From the NCBI GenBank assembly GCA_012800735.1, contig JAAZIU010000011.1:44542-108541 (forward strand): a DNA stretch of 64,000 bases, read 5' to 3'. The position numbers and the translations under genes are program-made. The notes beneath the pieces are model-generated. The model saw nothing but the letters and a program-made list of their open reading frames with translations. It ran no database searches and was not told the origin of the DNA. This DNA is from Clostridiales bacterium. GTDB lineage: Bacteria > Bacillota > Clostridia > Oscillospirales > CAG-272. Positions 61,119-64,000 of this stretch are shown piece after piece (the stretch's first letter is position 1; every line of letters starts with the position of its first letter).

Positions 61119-62360
61119 ATGGAATACAAACTTTTAAATGACGGCGGAGTTGAGAGTCTGATGAAAATTCCTCTTCGCGGCAGCGCCGATGTCATAGTTG
61201 CAGGGGGCGGAGTCGCCGGCTGCGCTGCTGCTCTCGAAGCTGCAAGACACGGCTGTTCGGTTATTCTGTTTGAAAAATCGATGATGCTGGGGGGACTGGC
61301 GACGCTCGGTCTGGTGAATTGGTTTGTACCGATGGATGACGGTAAAGGCCGTCAGGTAATTTTCGGAATGGCGGAAGAGTTTCTCCGGCTATCGATAAAA
61401 TACGGTTACGGCGATGTCAATCCCGGGTGGAAAAATGGGATATACGAAGGAAAAAGCGAACCGCCGCCACGATACTGCACCGGCTTTTCAGCGGATATTT
61501 TTGCGCTATGCCTTACCGAGCTTTTAAACTCTGCCGGAGTTGAGCTTAGATTTGACACCTCCGCTGCCGATATTGTAACCCGCGAAGAAAACGGCGCGGT
61601 AGTTTCCGACGGTGTAATAATCTATGATAAATCCGGTTTAGGTTTCTATAAATCAAAAGTTGTCGTCGATGTTACCGGTGATGCGGATTTGTTATATAAA
61701 ATGGGCGCTCCGACTTTGAAACGCGGCAATTATGATTCGTATTTCGGTAAAGTCATAAACATGGACAGTATAAAAAAAGCACTCGAATCCGGCAATATCG
61801 GCAATATTTACCGCGGAGTCTCGGGCGGACATTCAAACTTATACGGACACGGACATCCGATCGATATGCCGCTGTTTGACGGTACCGATGCCAATGATAT
61901 TTCAAGATACACGGTATCAAGCCAGATACGAATGCTTGAAAAACTCAAAAAAGACGACCGACTTTCAAGGGATCTCGTTCAGATTCCCGGTATGGTAAAT
62001 TTCCGTGCGACAAGACGGCTGGACGGAGACGCCACGCTTCGCCCCGAGGATTCCTGGATAAGGTATGACGACTCGATAGGTGCGATCTGTGATTTCGACG
62101 GACGCGAATACCTTTATGAAGTGCGTTACGGCGTACTTGTAAAAACCGGCTTCGACGGTATAATAACCGCCGGCAGAACAGCTTCGGGAGACGGATACGG
62201 CTGGGACGTTCTGAGAGTTATTCCGCCGGCAATAATAACCGGTCAGGCTGCCGGACTTGCCGCTGCCGAGTCGGTAAAGAACAAAAGCCGCATCTGGGAG
62301 CCGGATATCCGTAAGCTGCAGAATATACTCGAAAGAGAAAATGTAAAAATTCATAATTAA
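61119..62360 (+). CDS. FAD-dependent oxidoreductase
   Basis: Dinucleotide fold VIVAGGGVAGCAAALEAARHG and C-terminal GRTASGDGYGW. The start is trimmed to MEYKLLN, with an AGAGAGG RBS. A promoter TTGAAA-17-TAAAAT lies at about 61006-61034. Confidence 0.75.
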   Translation: MEYKLLNDGGVESLMKIPLRGSADVIVAGGGVAGCAAALEAARHGCSVILFEKSMMLGGLATLGLVNWFVPMDDGKGRQVIFGMAEEFLRLSIKYGYGDVNPGWKNGIYEGKSEPPPRYCTGFSADIFALCLTELLNSAGVELRFDTSAADIVTREENGAVVSDGVIIYDKSGLGFYKSKVVVDVTGDADLLYKMGAPTLKRGNYDSYFGKVINMDSIKKALESGNIGNIYRGVSGGHSNLYGHGHPIDMPLFDGTDANDISRYTVSSQIRMLEKLKKDDRLSRDLVQIPGMVNFRATRRLDGDATLRPEDSWIRYDDSIGAICDFDGREYLYEVRYGVLVKTGFDGIITAGRTASGDGYGWDVLRVIPPAIITGQAAGLAAAESVKNKSRIWEPDIRKLQNILERENVKIHN

Positions 62361-62501
62361 CAGGACGGATTTAATAAAAGGTATTGGTATTCCTATATCC
62401 TGCCCTTACTGCCTATCTTATAGACAGTGTCGGTTTGTTATAAAATAATACGGAGTGGATAATATTCCCCCATCAGCACGGGGCTTTTGTTTGAGACTGA
62501 T

Positions 62502-64000
62502 ATGAGTAGATTTTGGGAGGTAAGACCGCTCGCGACGGTATGCGGAGCATTCTTTCTGTCATCTGTCGCCGCTTATCTGCTGCCCGGATATGCGGCAGCG
62601 ATTGTTGCCGGCATACTGGGATTGTTTGCTGCGACGCTTTTTGTAAAACCGCTTAGAGCGCGCATCCGCCGGACGGTTCTTCCCGCAGTCTTGTTGGCAT
62701 CTTCGCTTGCTTTTGGCGTATCGGCTCTTTATTTTGGCATATTCTGCGGCAAAATCGCCGAGTATAAGAGTTCAGAGCATGAAATTACCGGTGTCGTTTA
62801 TGAAGTTCAGTCGGAAAATGTTTATAGCGGACGTTATAAACTCAACGTTCGGTCTGTAAACGGAAAGAAAGCCCGTTTTAAAGCGCTGCTGTATACAACA
62901 TATAACGCAGCTCTTTCCGACGGCGACGAGATTTCGGTTAATGCGGTCGGTTCTGACATATCAGCCTACACAAGATATTTCGATTATAAAACTTACGCCC
63001 GTTCGCAAGGAATCGAGATAGCCTTTGAAAACAACGTTCCCGGCTCAATCGTGTTTATCGGAAGTGAAAGGGGAGGACCTCTTTATCTGCTTAGGGAACT
63101 GAACCGCAGCATAGCAAAAGCGCTTTCGCAATATTTTGAAGGCGATCGTCTCGGTCTCGTGTCCGCTCTGATATTAGGGGATCGCTCGGAGCTTTCTGAC
63201 GCAGTCAAACGAGATTTTACAAGAGCCGGATTGCCGCATATGCTCGCAATTTCCGGAATGCACCTTTCAGTAATAATAACGCTGCTATCCGCTTTCCTTG
63301 ACTTTTGCAGGATAGGCGCCATAGGAAAGCGGACGCTGCTGTTTGTTTCGATACTCTTTTATATGCTGCTTACCGGAATGCCGGCTTCGGTTGTCCGCGC
63401 TTCGCTTATGTTTTTCATCGCCTTGGCAGCGCAAGCGCTTATGAGAGTGGCTGACCCTGTTACATCTCTCCTTTTTTCCGGCGCTTTGATGCTTCTTGTT
63501 TCTCCGGCGGCAGTTGTAGATATCGGTTTTCTGCTTTCGTTTACCACAACGCTCGGAATAACCACTTTAGGCGCTGCTTTTTCGGAGAAAATCAAAGCGC
63601 TTGGAAACAAAAACGACAAAACCGGCTCCGGACGTATAGTTTTGACAGAACTGCTTTCGGGTCTTGTAAACATAAGCTGTACTTTCTCGGCGATACTCTT
63701 TTCGCTGCCTGTTGTCTGGATATTTTTCGGCAGGATTTCACTTGTTTCCGTTATTACAAATCTGATTTTCGAATATCCTCTGGCAATAATAATCAGTCTT
63801 TCGGCAACGATTACCGTTTTTCTTCCGATAAAGCCGCTCTGCATATTGCTGGCGGTTCCTGCAAACGGTCTTTTGCAGGCAACTCTTGACGGAGTTAGAT
63901 TCTTCGGTCGATTACGCGGAGTTATGGTATCGCTGAATTACGCCTTTTTTCCTGTGATTGTCGCGATATTCATCGCCGCGGTTATAATTTTGCTTGCGCT
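62502..64000 (+). CDS. comEC: ComEC/Rec2 family competence protein, 5' part only (open to the window end)
   Basis: The frame stays open from ATG 62502 to the window edge, so it is absent from the ORF track. My translation gives a polytopic protein with RAGLPHMLAISGMHLSV, the ComEC competence-domain signature. Confidence 0.8.
   Translation, partial: MSRFWEVRPLATVCGAFFLSSVAAYLLPGYAAAIVAGILGLFAATLFVKPLRARIRRTVLPAVLLASSLAFGVSALYFGIFCGKIAEYKSSEHEITGVVYEVQSENVYSGRYKLNVRSVNGKKARFKALLYTTYNAALSDGDEISVNAVGSDISAYTRYFDYKTYARSQGIEIAFENNVPGSIVFIGSERGGPLYLLRELNRSIAKALSQYFEGDRLGLVSALILGDRSELSDAVKRDFTRAGLPHMLAISGMHLSVIITLLSAFLDFCRIGAIGKRTLLFVSILFYMLLTGMPASVVRASLMFFIALAAQALMRVADPVTSLLFSGALMLLVSPAAVVDIGFLLSFTTTLGITTLGAAFSEKIKALGNKNDKTGSGRIVLTELLSGLVNISCTFSAILFSLPVVWIFFGRISLVSVITNLIFEYPLAIIISLSATITVFLPIKPLCILLAVPANGLLQATLDGVRFFGRLRGVMVSLNYAFFPVIVAIFIAAVIILLA

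Noticed and set aside
62461-62495. Possible terminator after the FAD oxidoreductase gene (cccc-atcagca-gggg-ctttt)
   Set aside because: The stem has only 4 G-C pairs and the T run is short. That is too weak to list as a feature.

Overview
The window looks like a 64-kb chromosomal segment from an anaerobic Firmicute, probably a gut or rumen Clostridia of the Oscillospiraceae/Ruminococcaceae type. That placement is inferred from gene content and lipoprotein style and was not searched. All family calls come from motifs read by eye, since no HMM or BLAST could be run. The window is densely coding: about 50 protein genes, one tRNA-Gly(UCC), no rRNA, no CRISPR array, no obvious mobile element and no transcription factor other than sigma-70. 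Housekeeping content: radA, a XerC/D-type recombinase, a D-Ala-D-Ala carboxypeptidase, tex, an rsuA-like pseudouridine synthase, rpmE, hflX, yigZ, the dgt-dnaG-rpoD operon, pfkA, xpt, and the 5' part of comEC, which runs off the right edge and is missing from the ORF track. Transport content: two separate feo loci (feoA-feoA-feoB plus a Cys-rich protein, and feoA-feoB plus a Cys-rich protein), potABCD, and a heterodimeric ABC exporter with one degenerate ATP site. Glycan-related content: GH2 beta-galactosidase, a GH99-like protein, two Gfo/Idh/MocA oxidoreductases, a sugar-phosphate isomerase, an esterase-like alpha/beta hydrolase, an FAD oxidoreductase, and five paralogous solute-binding lipoproteins with no sugar permease gene anywhere in the window. 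The best candidates for a second look are listed here. (1) A stand-alone Card1/Can2-like CARF plus PD-(D/E)xK protein (58907-60100) has altered signature residues and no CRISPR-Cas context. (2) A translationally coupled operon encodes a secreted CotH-kinase-like protein and a discoidin/Flg_new surface protein. (3) The five orphan binding-protein genes include a recent tandem duplicate pair. (4) An unlisted 29-codon membrane micro-ORF is coupled to the end of the first feo operon. (5) A terminator-type attenuator sits in the potA leader. None of these is proven novel, and each needs the stated search.
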